Shown here in pieces: positions 26,058 to 37,617 of a DNA stretch of 64,000 nt. The notes beneath the pieces are model-generated. The model saw only the letters and a program-made list of their open reading frames with translations, was not told where the DNA came from and searched no databases. The position numbers and the translations under genes were made by a program. The stretch is from Candidatus Methylomirabilota bacterium (GTDB lineage: Bacteria; Verrucomicrobiota; Verrucomicrobiia; Limisphaerales; SXQI01). The DNA is taken from contig DASPKX010000069.1 in assembly GCA_035627835.1 (NCBI GenBank), forward strand, positions 10,451 through 74,450, in the 5' to 3' direction. Positions within the stretch are counted from its first letter, which is position 1. Each line of letters starts with the position of its first letter.

Positions 26058-27076
26058 ATGCGGTCGAGCTTCATGCGGTTGCCAAGTCGTTCCGCGCGGG
26101 AAAGCAGGAGGTGCGCGCGGTTACAGGTGTGTCGTTGACCGTGGTTCGGGGCGAGTATTTTGTGTTGGTCGGGCCGTCCGGCTCGGGCAAGACGACGCTG
26201 CTGCGGCTGATAGCTGGCCTTGAGGAGGTCTCGGCGGGAACGATCAACTTCCCTGCCCTCGCGAGTCGCGCCACCCAGGGTGAAATGGTGGCGATGGTGT
26301 TTCAGTCACCGGCGTTGTTCCCCCACTTGAACGTGGCGCAGAACATTGGCTTTAGCCTCATGCTGGTAAAGAAGCCGAAGTCGGAAGTGGACGCCACAAG
26401 CCGCAGAATCGCCGAGCAGCTCGGATTGGCCGGTTTGCTGCAGCGCATGCCTTCCGAGCTTTCGGGGGGTGAGCAGCAGCGTGTGGCGCTGGGTCGGGCC
26501 TTGGCGCAAGACGCAGCGATCGTGCTGCTGGATGAGCCGTTGTCCAACCTCGATTTGGGAAGCCGAACACGGATTCGGCGGGAGTTGAAGCAGGCGCAAA
26601 GGCGAACAGGGAAAACATTCATCCATGTTACCCATGACCAGGGGGAGGCCATGGCCTTGGCCGACCGCATGGCCGTGTTGAAGAATGGCGAGCTTCAGCA
26701 ACTGGGCAAGCCGATGGAGGTTTATCAGGAGCCGAAGAACCTCTTCGTGGCACGGTTTATTGGGCAGCCAGAAATGAACATTCTTCCTGCGGAGTTGTTG
26801 GCCGAAGTGGGACTGCCGCCCGGCGCAAAAGGCATGGTCGCGGGGTTTCGGCCCGAGGCTACAAAGTTCGTTCATAGCGATGCGGCGGGAACACGTTGGC
26901 GGATTACCGCAGTCGAGGCGTTCGGGTGGGAACAACATGTCTGGGCGAGCAATGGTGAGTTTGAAGTCGCCGCGCGAGCGCCCGCCAAAGCGCCGTTCGA
27001 ATGCGGGGATGCTGTGCGGGTTGAAGCGGCGAAAACGCTAATGTTCGATGCGGTGACAGGCGTCCGCGCCCGTTGA
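26054..27076 (+). CDS. ABC transporter ATP-binding protein, MalK/UgpC-like with a C-terminal regulatory (TOBE-like) domain
   Basis: Walker A is GPSGSGKTT, the signature is LSGGEQQRVALGRAL, Walker B is VLLDEPLSNLD, and the H-loop is VTHDQ. The ATG at 26054 forms an ATGA overlap with the GNAT stop. Confidence 0.85.
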   Translation: MNAVELHAVAKSFRAGKQEVRAVTGVSLTVVRGEYFVLVGPSGSGKTTLLRLIAGLEEVSAGTINFPALASRATQGEMVAMVFQSPALFPHLNVAQNIGFSLMLVKKPKSEVDATSRRIAEQLGLAGLLQRMPSELSGGEQQRVALGRALAQDAAIVLLDEPLSNLDLGSRTRIRRELKQAQRRTGKTFIHVTHDQGEAMALADRMAVLKNGELQQLGKPMEVYQEPKNLFVARFIGQPEMNILPAELLAEVGLPPGAKGMVAGFRPEATKFVHSDAAGTRWRITAVEAFGWEQHVWASNGEFEVAARAPAKAPFECGDAVRVEAAKTLMFDAVTGVRAR

Positions 27077-27116
27077 GCGGGCTTGGTATGCCAGAGGCGA
27101 GCGCTACAGTTTTTCT

Positions 27117-27338
27117 ATGGATCGAGCGATTGTATTCAAGAGTCTGGACCCGGCGGCAGCGGAGTTGGTGTGCTCCCGGCTGCGGGCGGCTGGTTTTCAC
27201 GCAGAGGTCGAGCATGAGCTTTCGGCCACTACAGCCACGGGCTGGACATTAGGCGCGGGCGGGATTCGCGTGGCGGTGCCAGCGGGGGAAGCAGTGGACG
27301 CAAAGGCGTTGCTGGACGCTGAAAACTCACAAGCTTAA
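27117..27338 (+). CDS. DUF2007-like small protein (putative signal-transducing fold)
   Basis: 73 aa. VFKSLDPAAAELVCSRLRAAGFHAEVEHE ... GIRVAVPAGEAVDAKALL fits the DUF2007 pattern as I recall it. Confidence 0.55.
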   Translation: MDRAIVFKSLDPAAAELVCSRLRAAGFHAEVEHELSATTATGWTLGAGGIRVAVPAGEAVDAKALLDAENSQA

Positions 27339-27340
27339 CC

Positions 27341-28711
27341 ATGCCCGCGCCATCTCCTCTGAAACGGCTGCAGAAACAACTCCGGCCCGGCGAACTCGTT
27401 TTCGATGAACCGACGCTAAAGGCGCATGCGGGCGACAAATGGTTCGCGGCGGCGATGCCGGAAGCGGTCGCGTTTCCAACGGACACCGCAGCGGTGTCGA
27501 AAGTTCTAGCCTTTGCGTCGAGGCACAAAATCCCAGTCACCGCCCGAGGCGCTGGGTATGGGTATGTTGGCGGATGCGTTCCGAGCAAGGGTGGGATCGC
27601 CCTTTCGTTAATGCGCATGAACCGCATCCTCGAGATCAATCCGGATGATTTCGTGGCTGTAGTGCAGCCGGGCGTTCTTACCGAGCACCTGCAGAAGGAG
27701 GTGGAGAAAGTGCGTCGGTTTTATCCGCCGGATCCAGCCAGCCGCGCCGATTGCAGCATCGGGGGGAATATCGCGACGAACGCGGGGGGGCCGAGGTGCC
27801 TCAAGTACGGCGTCACCCGCGAATATGTGCTGGGGCTGGAGGTTGTATTAGCCGACGGAACGATTGCGCGTGTCGGCGGGCGGACGCACAAGAACAAGAC
27901 GGGGTTCGACCTGGCGAAGCTCTTCGTGGGGTCCGAGGGAATGCTGGGAGTCGTCACAGAAGCGACCTTGAAGCTCCTTCCCCTGCCCCCTTTTCGTGCC
28001 TGCCTGGCGGTGGGATATCGCTCGATGAAAGAGGCCAATGCGGCCATTCGCGGCATTTTCAACAGCGGCTTGCTCCCCTGCGCTTTGGAGCTGGCCGACG
28101 ATTTTACTTTAAGTGCGGCGCGCAAACGCACCAGGAGCCCACTGCTGGAAGGCTGCCGCGCCCACATGATAATCGAGCTGGATGGCCAGGAGAAATCGGT
28201 CCGGTCAGAGATGAAGGTCTTGGAAGCAGCCGTAGGCACACCGATCACGGTGGCGCGCGCCTTTGGACCCGAAGCGTGCGAGAAGATTTGGCAGATTCGG
28301 CGTGAGTTTTCGTATTCCCTGCGCGACACCGGCCTGACAAAGCTAAACGAGGATATCGTGGTGCCGCGCGGCCGCTTGGAAGAGTTGTTCGGGTTCGCAG
28401 GCGAATTGCAAGCGAAGCACGGGTTGCAGGTGGCGTGCTTCGGACATGCGGGCGATGGGAACATCCACGTGAATGTGATGGTCGATTTAACCAAGCCCGG
28501 TGCACAGAAGAAATCGGAAGCGGCCCTGGATGATTTGTTTAAAAAGATCGTGGCTTTGGGTGGGGCGATCACGGGGGAGCATGGGATTGGCCTGGCCAAG
28601 AAGACCTGGTGGCCGTTGGCCGTTTCGAAAGAGGTGCGCGGGTTGCATCACAGGGTTAAGTCCGCGTTGGATCCGGACGGCATCCTGAATCCTGGGAAGT
28701 TCTTAGGTTAG
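27341..28711 (+). CDS. FAD-linked oxidase (GlcD / D-lactate dehydrogenase family)
   Basis: 456 aa. VTARGAGYGYVGG and GGNIATNAGG form the FAD-binding PCMH blocks. C-terminal GHAGDGNIHVN and GAITGEHGIG are present. Confidence 0.85.
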   Translation: MPAPSPLKRLQKQLRPGELVFDEPTLKAHAGDKWFAAAMPEAVAFPTDTAAVSKVLAFASRHKIPVTARGAGYGYVGGCVPSKGGIALSLMRMNRILEINPDDFVAVVQPGVLTEHLQKEVEKVRRFYPPDPASRADCSIGGNIATNAGGPRCLKYGVTREYVLGLEVVLADGTIARVGGRTHKNKTGFDLAKLFVGSEGMLGVVTEATLKLLPLPPFRACLAVGYRSMKEANAAIRGIFNSGLLPCALELADDFTLSAARKRTRSPLLEGCRAHMIIELDGQEKSVRSEMKVLEAAVGTPITVARAFGPEACEKIWQIRREFSYSLRDTGLTKLNEDIVVPRGRLEELFGFAGELQAKHGLQVACFGHAGDGNIHVNVMVDLTKPGAQKKSEAALDDLFKKIVALGGAITGEHGIGLAKKTWWPLAVSKEVRGLHHRVKSALDPDGILNPGKFLG

Positions 28712-28761
28712 AGGGGATTAAAATCCGCCACTATGGCATGCATTTGTCGCCTTGATTGGCG

Positions 28762-29094
28762 ATGGGGCGGACGCATACTGCGGGCGTGGCCGAAAACGCG
28801 AAAGAGCATCACCTACGAGTCGCCCTCGGGTCTGGGGAAAGTTTGGAAAAAGGGCTGAAGGACCGCGCATCAGTGATTATTGGGCGCGACGCCTCGTGTG
28901 ACATCATCATCCACGACGCCAAAGCTTCCCGCAAACATTGCCGCTTAAGCCGGAATGGAGCGGAGTATCTGCTCGAGGACCTTGGCTCACGCAATGGCAC
29001 CCTGGTGAATGGGGTGAAGATCAGCGGGCCGATGACTCTGCAGCACAAGCAGACGTTTCAGATTGGCGACACCATGTTCTTCATCGGGCAGTGA
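28762..29094 (+). CDS. FHA domain protein
   Basis: VIIGRDASCDIIIHDAKASRKHCRLSRNGAEYLLEDLGSRNGTLVNG is the canonical FHA core (G-R...S-x-x-H...N-G). ATG at 28762 chosen; TTG at 28756 is possible. Confidence 0.8.
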   Translation: MGRTHTAGVAENAKEHHLRVALGSGESLEKGLKDRASVIIGRDASCDIIIHDAKASRKHCRLSRNGAEYLLEDLGSRNGTLVNGVKISGPMTLQHKQTFQIGDTMFFIGQ

Positions 29095-29204
29095 GGGCCG
29101 CGGACGTGGCAAGACGAACACAGAGGGCGCAGAGGTAGGAACAGAGGACGCAGAGGGACAAGCAGTAAGAAGCAAGACAGGGGCAAAGCTCACATCTTTA
29201 AAGC

Positions 29205-29234
29205 ACAACACCACGGTTGAAGCCGTGGTGTTGT
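29205..29234. terminator. 12-bp perfect hairpin between the convergent FHA and ftsH genes
   Basis: acaacaccacgg-ttgaag-ccgtggtgttgt, flanked by T/A-rich sequence on both sides. Confidence 0.65.
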
Positions 29235-29261
29235 CGTTTACAGATTAATAACCAAAGCGCC

Positions 29262-31271
<2,010 letters not shown>

Positions 31272-31414
31272 TTTGCAGGAGTAAAATGGGCTTAAATTAG
31301 CGCCACGAGGCATGTTACGCAACCAAAGCGCCCTCAGTCAAACCCGGTGATTTGGCAGAAAACCAAGCCTTGCAGCGACGCACAATGAATCTGACAGCAG
31401 CGCGCCGCCAATGT

Positions 31415-32803
31415 TCAGGCGGTTGGAAGCCGCTTCCATTGCCAGAGAAGCAATTGGGAGGTGGCGGGAGTCACCTTCGCAAAGTCAGCGATACGCAACC
31501 CTTCCACCCAAAGGATTCGCCCATCGGCAGCCTCGGCCAGAACGCGCTTGCGGCGTTGGGCGGCAGGGACTTTGGCATTTGTGAAAAGATCCTGAAGCTT
31601 GGCGGCTTTCGGCAAACCAATGGGTTGGAAGCGGTCCCCGGGCTGCCAATGACGAAGGCGGAAGCGGGCGCCGACAGCCGCAGCGTCAAACACCTCGGTG
31701 TCCGGAGTGCGCGGGCGATAGGCGTTGCCGGGGATGGTCACCCAAGACACATCCAACGAGGCAAATTGTGTCTCTCCGGGCTCTGAGACCTCGATCTCAA
31801 GCGAATCGGCAGCCACTACCAGTGGGGCGTCCTCAATGAGCTGCAACGCGCCGGAAAGATCGCGGCGAACACTCAACCGAGCAGCAACGGTAATTTTCCG
31901 TGGCGGCGATGCCCGAAGAGCCTCGACCAGCTCAAAGTCGGGAGTGAGGCTTAAATCGAGGAGTTGCTCGACGATGACGCGGCGCTGCAAGGCGAGGTGG
32001 AGCTTCTGAAAGTCTGCGGGCTTTGTGAGCCATACGCGCGCTTGCTGACCGAGGTAATCCCCTTCCGCGCTGAGCAGGTCCATGACGCGCAGCAGCGGGG
32101 CACGAATGTCACGCGCGGTTAAACGTCCAAGCAAAGGCAGCAGCTGGTGGCGAACACGATTGCGCTCGTAATCCATCGTTGCATTGGAAGCGTCCTCACG
32201 GAAAGGGAGCTTGCGGGCGGCAGCGAAGGATTCGAGTTCAGCGCGGCTGATATCGAGAAAAGGCCGGATGTAATGGAGATCGGATTTCGCCTCAGACTGA
32301 GCTTTCCAGAGCATGCCGCGAAGGCCCTCGCTCCCCGCGCCGCGCAAAAGGCGCAGGAAGAACAGCTCGATTTGATCGTCCGCGTGGTGCGCAAGGAGAA
32401 TGGAATTGGACCGACAATCTGCGGCAACCGTGGCCAGGAACTCACGGCGCAATTCGCGGGCGGCCATTTCGATGGAGATGCCGCTGGCGCCAGCGTGAGC
32501 TTTGACGTCCCCGGAGCCAATGGTGGCTTTGCAGCCGAGCAGAGCGGCTTGCTTTTCCACAAAGCGGGCGTCGGCACTACTCGCTTTCCCACGGAGCCGG
32601 TGATCGAAGTGAGCAACGTGAATGGACCAGCCGAACTCCGGTTGAAGATCGAAGAGGATGCGGAGCAAAGCCATCGAGTCGAGCCCTCCGGAAACCGCGA
32701 CTACAATGCGCTCCCCTTTGGCCAGGAGGTTCCGTTCGATGATGTTCGCGCGAACCTTGGCAAGGATGGGATCCTGCGGCGGAGATGAGGGCTTACGTGG
32801 CAT
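31415..32803 (-). CDS. tilS: tRNA(Ile)-lysidine synthetase
   Basis: VAVSGGLDSMALL is the PP-loop SGGxDS motif. Its 462-aa length and its position directly upstream of ftsH are the conserved tilS-ftsH linkage. Confidence 0.9.
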   Translation of the reverse strand: MPRKPSSPPQDPILAKVRANIIERNLLAKGERIVVAVSGGLDSMALLRILFDLQPEFGWSIHVAHFDHRLRGKASSADARFVEKQAALLGCKATIGSGDVKAHAGASGISIEMAARELRREFLATVAADCRSNSILLAHHADDQIELFFLRLLRGAGSEGLRGMLWKAQSEAKSDLHYIRPFLDISRAELESFAAARKLPFREDASNATMDYERNRVRHQLLPLLGRLTARDIRAPLLRVMDLLSAEGDYLGQQARVWLTKPADFQKLHLALQRRVIVEQLLDLSLTPDFELVEALRASPPRKITVAARLSVRRDLSGALQLIEDAPLVVAADSLEIEVSEPGETQFASLDVSWVTIPGNAYRPRTPDTEVFDAAAVGARFRLRHWQPGDRFQPIGLPKAAKLQDLFTNAKVPAAQRRKRVLAEAADGRILWVEGLRIADFAKVTPATSQLLLWQWKRLPTA

Positions 32804-32811
32804 GAGCGCGG

Positions 32812-34929
32812 TTAAACGATTTCAACGGGGCAGTTGGGGATCGATTCGAGAAATGCCTTGCCATAAGCCTTGGTGAGGACGCGATTGTCAAGAATGGCAA
32901 CGATCCCGCTATCGGACTTTGTGCGGATTAATCGGCCGACGCCCTGGCGAAATTTGAGGATCGCTTCGGGCAGGGAGAACTCCCGGAACGAATTGCCACC
33001 ACGGGCTTCGATTTGCTCCACGCGAGCTTCAATCAAAGGATGATCCGGAACGGCGAAGGGAAGCCGTGTAATGATGACGTTGGAAAGGGCTTCGCCAGGC
33101 ACATCAACGCCTTGCCAGAAACTCTCAGCGCCAAAAAGCACCGAATGCACATCGTCTTTAAACTTTTCGAGCATGATGCTGCGGGGAGTGCCGGTGCCTT
33201 GAACGAAGCAGTTAATCCCAAGCTCGTTGAAGGTGGGCTCCATATCCTGGGCGACCTGGTGCATCAACTTCATGTTCGTGAAGAGCACGAACGCTTTGCC
33301 ATGCGTTTTCCGGATGAAATGCTCGATCCAGTGCAGAATAGCGCGATTGTATTCGGGCTCGCGTGGGTCGGGCATCTTTGCGGTTACAAACACTTTCATC
33401 TGCCGCTCGTAGTCGAACGGCGAACCCACCTGAAGTTTTGTTGAACGCTCACCGCCGACGCGGCGGGCGAAATAGTCCAGGCCAGCATCCGACTTTGGTC
33501 CCGGGCGGACAGGAGCGGTGCGGGAGACTGGTTGCGCAGTGACGCCAGCGGCAATGGAGAGAGTGGCGCTCGTCATAATGACGGAGGATCGGCTGCCGAA
33601 AAGCCGGCGGCGAAGATACTCAGCAACGTCGATGGGAGCAGCGTTAAGCGTGAAGATGGTTTGCTGCTTCCCTGCCCTATCGACCCAATAAACAAACCCC
33701 GGGGCATCGTGGCGAAGGAAGAAACTAACGGAATCGCGGAGTTCGAGAATGCGGGTATTCGCCTCCATCAACTCGGTGGCGCTTTCCTTGTTCTCCGCTT
33801 GCTTGATAAGATCGGAGATCGCTTCACGCAGCGATGTGAGCGGCTGGTGGAGCGAGTCTTTGACGATGTCCGGCTTGCGGATGCGAAGTTCGTTCCATGA
33901 CGAGTAAGCCTGGCCGCCGCGCTTGCGCTCAGCCGCAGCCTGCCGCTCCACGATGTCGTCGCAAGCGGCCTCCAGTTGGTTAAAGAACACCTGCGCCTGA
34001 TCGAGGCATTCCTCAACGAGACTGGCGACCTTAGTGTGGGCCATGGAGCCCAGTAGACCTTTGCGTGTTTGCGGGTTGTAGAGGCGGTGAAGCGCGAAGC
34101 GCGCCTGGGAATTCGAAACGGCGATGCCGATGTGCTTTGAGGCGACGGCCTCGACGGTGTGTGCTTCGTCAAAGATGACGAAGTCATTTTTGAAAAGGAT
34201 GCCGTCACCGGCAGTCTCTTCATCCATCGTGCCGAGTTGGGTGAAAAAGAGAGTGTGATTTAGAACAAGAACATCGGCCACGAGAATTCGAGCGCGCGCT
34301 TGCTGATAAAAACAGGGGCCGAATTGTTTGCCGAACTCGGAGGCGGGGCCGCAAAGCTTGGGGCTGCAGAGGCCACGCTCAGAGCAGACCTCCGCCCAAA
34401 CGCGGTGATTAGGCTCGGTGTCGAAATCCGAGAGGCTCCCGTCCTTTGTTTCTTTCGACCATTCGAAGATGCGGCGAAGCTCCGCCTCTTCAGGGGAGGT
34501 GAAAAGCTGGGGCGCCTGCCCCATCGCTTTGTGAAGCCGGCGTGTGCAAAGATAGTTCCGTCGGCCCTTCAGCATGGTGTAACGGAACCCGACCGGGAGC
34601 GCTTTCTCCAGCATCGGCAGATCTTTATCAATAAGCTGCTCCTGCAGGTTGATCGTGTGAGTGGAGACGACCGCTTTTTTCTTCCGGCTAACGGCGTAGA
34701 GGATTGAAGGGATGAGATAGCCGAGGCTCTTGCCGACGCCGGTGCCGGCTTCGACGATCAGGTGGCTGCCGCTCTCAAGGGCTGTGGCGACGGCGCGACC
34801 CATCTGCTGCTGTTGGGGCCGATACTCGAAATTGCTGGAGCGCGAGAGGATCCCCGTTTCCGAGAAAATCCTCTCCACCTCCGGGACCACGCTTGGTGTG
34901 CCGGAGCTTTCTGCAATTTCATCCATCAT
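32812..34929 (-). CDS. DinG/Rad3-family ATP-dependent DNA helicase
   Basis: AGTGVGKS is Walker A and VIFDEAHT is the DEAH box. A four-Cys cluster (YLCTRR...CSERGLCSPKLCG...CFY) fits the XPD/DinG Fe-S domain. A C-terminal helicase domain is present. Start chosen at MMDEIAES. Confidence 0.85.
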   Translation of the reverse strand: MMDEIAESSGTPSVVPEVERIFSETGILSRSSNFEYRPQQQQMGRAVATALESGSHLIVEAGTGVGKSLGYLIPSILYAVSRKKKAVVSTHTINLQEQLIDKDLPMLEKALPVGFRYTMLKGRRNYLCTRRLHKAMGQAPQLFTSPEEAELRRIFEWSKETKDGSLSDFDTEPNHRVWAEVCSERGLCSPKLCGPASEFGKQFGPCFYQQARARILVADVLVLNHTLFFTQLGTMDEETAGDGILFKNDFVIFDEAHTVEAVASKHIGIAVSNSQARFALHRLYNPQTRKGLLGSMAHTKVASLVEECLDQAQVFFNQLEAACDDIVERQAAAERKRGGQAYSSWNELRIRKPDIVKDSLHQPLTSLREAISDLIKQAENKESATELMEANTRILELRDSVSFFLRHDAPGFVYWVDRAGKQQTIFTLNAAPIDVAEYLRRRLFGSRSSVIMTSATLSIAAGVTAQPVSRTAPVRPGPKSDAGLDYFARRVGGERSTKLQVGSPFDYERQMKVFVTAKMPDPREPEYNRAILHWIEHFIRKTHGKAFVLFTNMKLMHQVAQDMEPTFNELGINCFVQGTGTPRSIMLEKFKDDVHSVLFGAESFWQGVDVPGEALSNVIITRLPFAVPDHPLIEARVEQIEARGGNSFREFSLPEAILKFRQGVGRLIRTKSDSGIVAILDNRVLTKAYGKAFLESIPNCPVEIV

Positions 34930-34963
34930 GATCGAACCGCGCGGGCAGAGCGCGCCGCATGCG

Positions 34964-35653
34964 CTAGGTGGTCGTGCGAGGGCGGCGGACGACCACATCC
35001 TGCTGAGAGCGGTTCTTTACAATCATATGCGATGGAAGGATGCCGCGCCAGAAAACGCCGGGGTAAATGATGGAGCCTTTGCCAATGATCGAACCAGGAT
35101 TCACAACAGCGTTGCAGCCAATATCGGTTTCGTCGCCGACCAACGCTCCGAATTTACGAAGGCCGGTGTCCGTGGGAGTGCCCTCGACATCGATCCAGAT
35201 ATTTTCGGGCATGAGCTTGATGTTGGAAATGGTGGCGCCGGCGCCAAGATGGGCTTTGTAGCCGAGGATCGAGTCGCCAACGTAGCTGAAATGAGGCACC
35301 TGGACGTTGTTGAACAAGAAGGCGTTCTTCAGCTCGCAAGAGTTACCGACGACACAGTTGTCGCCGATGATGACATCCTCACGAATGTAGGCGCCATGGC
35401 GGATTTGGCAGTTCTTCCCGATAATCGCGGGGCCTTTGATCATAGCGCCCGGCTCCACGACGGTTCCCTCGCCGATGGAAACATCGGGCCCAACGAAAGG
35501 CTGGCCCTGGAGAGTGGCGGCGTTGCCCGGTTTCCTGTTCGATTTGATGTACTCTTTAATTCTCTTGAGAGCCTCCCATGCGAACTTGCATTCGTCGAAA
35601 ATGCGGGCGTGCTCGGTTTGCTGGAGATTGAAGAGATCTTCAGGCTTGAACAT
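34964..35653 (-). CDS. hexapeptide-repeat (left-handed beta-helix) acyltransferase, GlmU C-terminal-like
   Basis: 229 aa with consecutive [LIV]-G-x4 hexapeptides (VSIGEGTVVEPGAMIKGPAIIGKNCQIRHGAYIREDVIIGDNCVVGNSCEL...). Confidence 0.8.
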   Translation of the reverse strand: MFKPEDLFNLQQTEHARIFDECKFAWEALKRIKEYIKSNRKPGNAATLQGQPFVGPDVSIGEGTVVEPGAMIKGPAIIGKNCQIRHGAYIREDVIIGDNCVVGNSCELKNAFLFNNVQVPHFSYVGDSILGYKAHLGAGATISNIKLMPENIWIDVEGTPTDTGLRKFGALVGDETDIGCNAVVNPGSIIGKGSIIYPGVFWRGILPSHMIVKNRSQQDVVVRRPRTTT

Positions 35654-35710
35654 GAAAGCTAGATACAGAGCTGGGCGCGTGGGCGCACGTCAAAAGTTGC
35701 GCCATGAGAG

Positions 35711-36028
35711 ATGCTGGATGGACCGGTGAAGAAGCGCTTAAATGGCGGAGTGAACCCGTTGGATGCGAGACGCCGATGGTTCGGGAGCTTTTTCCTGATC
35801 GCGGCGATTGGATTAACGATTTGGGGGCAGACGCTCCTGCGGGATTATCTTTTGAAGCGCCCTGCCCTCTTCGTCGTATATTGGCTGGCAGTCTTCGGCT
35901 GCGTGTCTTTAGCGATGCTCCTGGCACTGCTGGATATCTTCGCCACGCGCAGAAGGACGCGCGAGGAGCAACGGCGGATCCTGGAGGATTCGTTTAGCGA
36001 GAACCCGCCCAAAAACGCGGACGATTAA
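35711..36028 (+). CDS. small two-TM membrane protein (hypothetical)
   Basis: 105-aa ORF with two hydrophobic helices (FGSFFLIAAIGLTIWG, LFVVYWLAVFGCVSLAMLLALL). Its stop overlaps the convergent MBL gene stop by 4 nt. Confidence 0.5.
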   Translation: MLDGPVKKRLNGGVNPLDARRRWFGSFFLIAAIGLTIWGQTLLRDYLLKRPALFVVYWLAVFGCVSLAMLLALLDIFATRRRTREEQRRILEDSFSENPPKNADD

Positions 36029-36810
36029 TCGAAAGCGACCGTTCGGGTGGGGGCGTCCTGGCTGCTGACTTCAACTCCCACATGCGTGGCGCCGATCTGG
36101 TCGAGGCGGGCGCGGACGGCCCGATGAGCCAGGTCAGGTTTATTGCAATCGCGGCTCAGATGCCCAAGGAAGACCTGCGAAAGCTCGGAAGTGACGACCT
36201 CCGCCGCAACATTGGCAGCAGCGTCGTTGCAGAGGTGGCCATGACGGCTAAGGATTCGTTGCTTCACGCTCCAGGGACGTTTTACGTCATCCTGGAGGAG
36301 CTTCATGTCGTGATTGGTTTCCAGGACGAGAACATTGGCCTGGCGCACACGCTCGATCACGAGCTTGGTGGCATGGCCCAGGTCAGTGAGAAAACCGATC
36401 TTCTTGGTCACGGTCCGGAGAAGAAAGCCAACGGGATCGTAAGCGTCATGGGGAACGCTGAAGGTGTCCACGACAACGTCTCCAACCTCGAAAGATGCTC
36501 CAGTGGAAAAGATGCGGAAATCAAAAGCGGCCTGAAACTGGCGCTCGATAGCTTCCTTGGTGAGGCGATTGCAGTAAAGCGGCACGCGCAGCTTCGCGCA
36601 GAGCGCGCCGAGACCCTGGATATGGTCGCTATGCTCGTGAGTGACCAGGATGCCCGTGAGGGTTTCCGGAGTGCGGCCGAGTGTGGCAAGGCGTTGGCGG
36701 ATTTGGCGGCCGCTAAAGCCAGCATCGATCAGAATGCGAGCCTGGTCGGTTTCCAAATAGGCACAATTGCCACTGGAACCGCTGCCGAGAATCGTAAACT
36801 GCACTGCCAC
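36025..36810 (-). CDS. MBL-fold metallo-hydrolase (YycJ-like)
   Basis: FTILGSGSSGNC...ILIDAG...ILVTHEHSDHIQG is the HxHxDH metallo-beta-lactamase signature. 261 aa. Confidence 0.85.
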   Translation of the reverse strand: MAVQFTILGSGSSGNCAYLETDQARILIDAGFSGRQIRQRLATLGRTPETLTGILVTHEHSDHIQGLGALCAKLRVPLYCNRLTKEAIERQFQAAFDFRIFSTGASFEVGDVVVDTFSVPHDAYDPVGFLLRTVTKKIGFLTDLGHATKLVIERVRQANVLVLETNHDMKLLQDDVKRPWSVKQRILSRHGHLCNDAAANVAAEVVTSELSQVFLGHLSRDCNKPDLAHRAVRARLDQIGATHVGVEVSSQDAPTRTVAFD

Positions 36811-36868
36811 GGTGCCACGCTAGGGAACCGCTGAGTTGGGAGCAATACTTTCCACGCGCCCGGACAAA

Positions 36869-37573
36869 TTATTTGCGGCGCTTCTGGGATGGCTCAGGGG
36901 AAGTAACATCGTGCTGGCCAAAGGTGGGGCAGTCATTGGCCAATTCGCAGGAGGGACAGTCAGGCTTGCGAGCGAAGCAGCGGCGGCGGCCGTGCCAAAT
37001 TATCCAGTGGCTGAAGATGGCCCATTGGTCGCGTGGAACGACCTTCATCAATGCTTCCTCAATCTTCTCCGGTTTCTCTTCGCGAGTGAGGCCGAGACGT
37101 TGGGAGAGACGAGCGACATGGGTGTCCACCACGACCCCTTCGTTCATGCTGAACGCGTTGCCGAGAACGACATTGGCGGTCTTGCGCCCGACACCTGGCA
37201 GCTCACGGAGGGCTTCCATGGAGTTCGGAACCTGGCCGCCGTATTTTTCCACAAGGATTTGACAGGCTTTCTGAACGGCTTTCGCTTTGTTGCGGAAAAG
37301 GCCGATGCGTTTCAGATCGCTCTCCAGCTCAGGGAGTGGAGTGTTCGCAAAGTCAGCAGCTGAACGGTATTTGCGAAACAGATCAGCGGTCACGATGTTT
37401 ACCTGTTTATCTGTGCTTTGGGCCGAGAGAATGGTCGCGATGAGAAGCTCAAGCGGGTTGGTGTAATTCAACTCACAATGAGCATCGGGGTACGTTTCAG
37501 CGAGCAGGCGGAGCAACCGCGAGCAGTCCCCTGAGCGCGTTGAAGCTGGCGATTTGCCGGGAGCGATTTTCAA
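36869..37573 (-). CDS. nth: endonuclease III
   Basis: LIATILSAQSTDKQVN and LPGVGRKTANVVL form the HhH-GPD motif. The C-terminal 4Fe-4S loop is C-x6-C-x2-C-x5-C (CFARKPDCPSCELANDC). Confidence 0.9.
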   Translation of the reverse strand: MKIAPGKSPASTRSGDCSRLLRLLAETYPDAHCELNYTNPLELLIATILSAQSTDKQVNIVTADLFRKYRSAADFANTPLPELESDLKRIGLFRNKAKAVQKACQILVEKYGGQVPNSMEALRELPGVGRKTANVVLGNAFSMNEGVVVDTHVARLSQRLGLTREEKPEKIEEALMKVVPRDQWAIFSHWIIWHGRRRCFARKPDCPSCELANDCPTFGQHDVTSPEPSQKRRK

Positions 37574-37617
37574 GCGGGCAGAATCTTGCCTCCTGCCGCG
37601 CGCGGGTCAATCAGCAC

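Noticed and set aside
25392-26074. Three minus-strand ORFs (193, 204 and 111 aa) opposite the GNAT gene.
   Set aside because: The GNAT motif A on the plus strand is clear. The antisense products are Pro/Arg/Ser-rich with no motifs.
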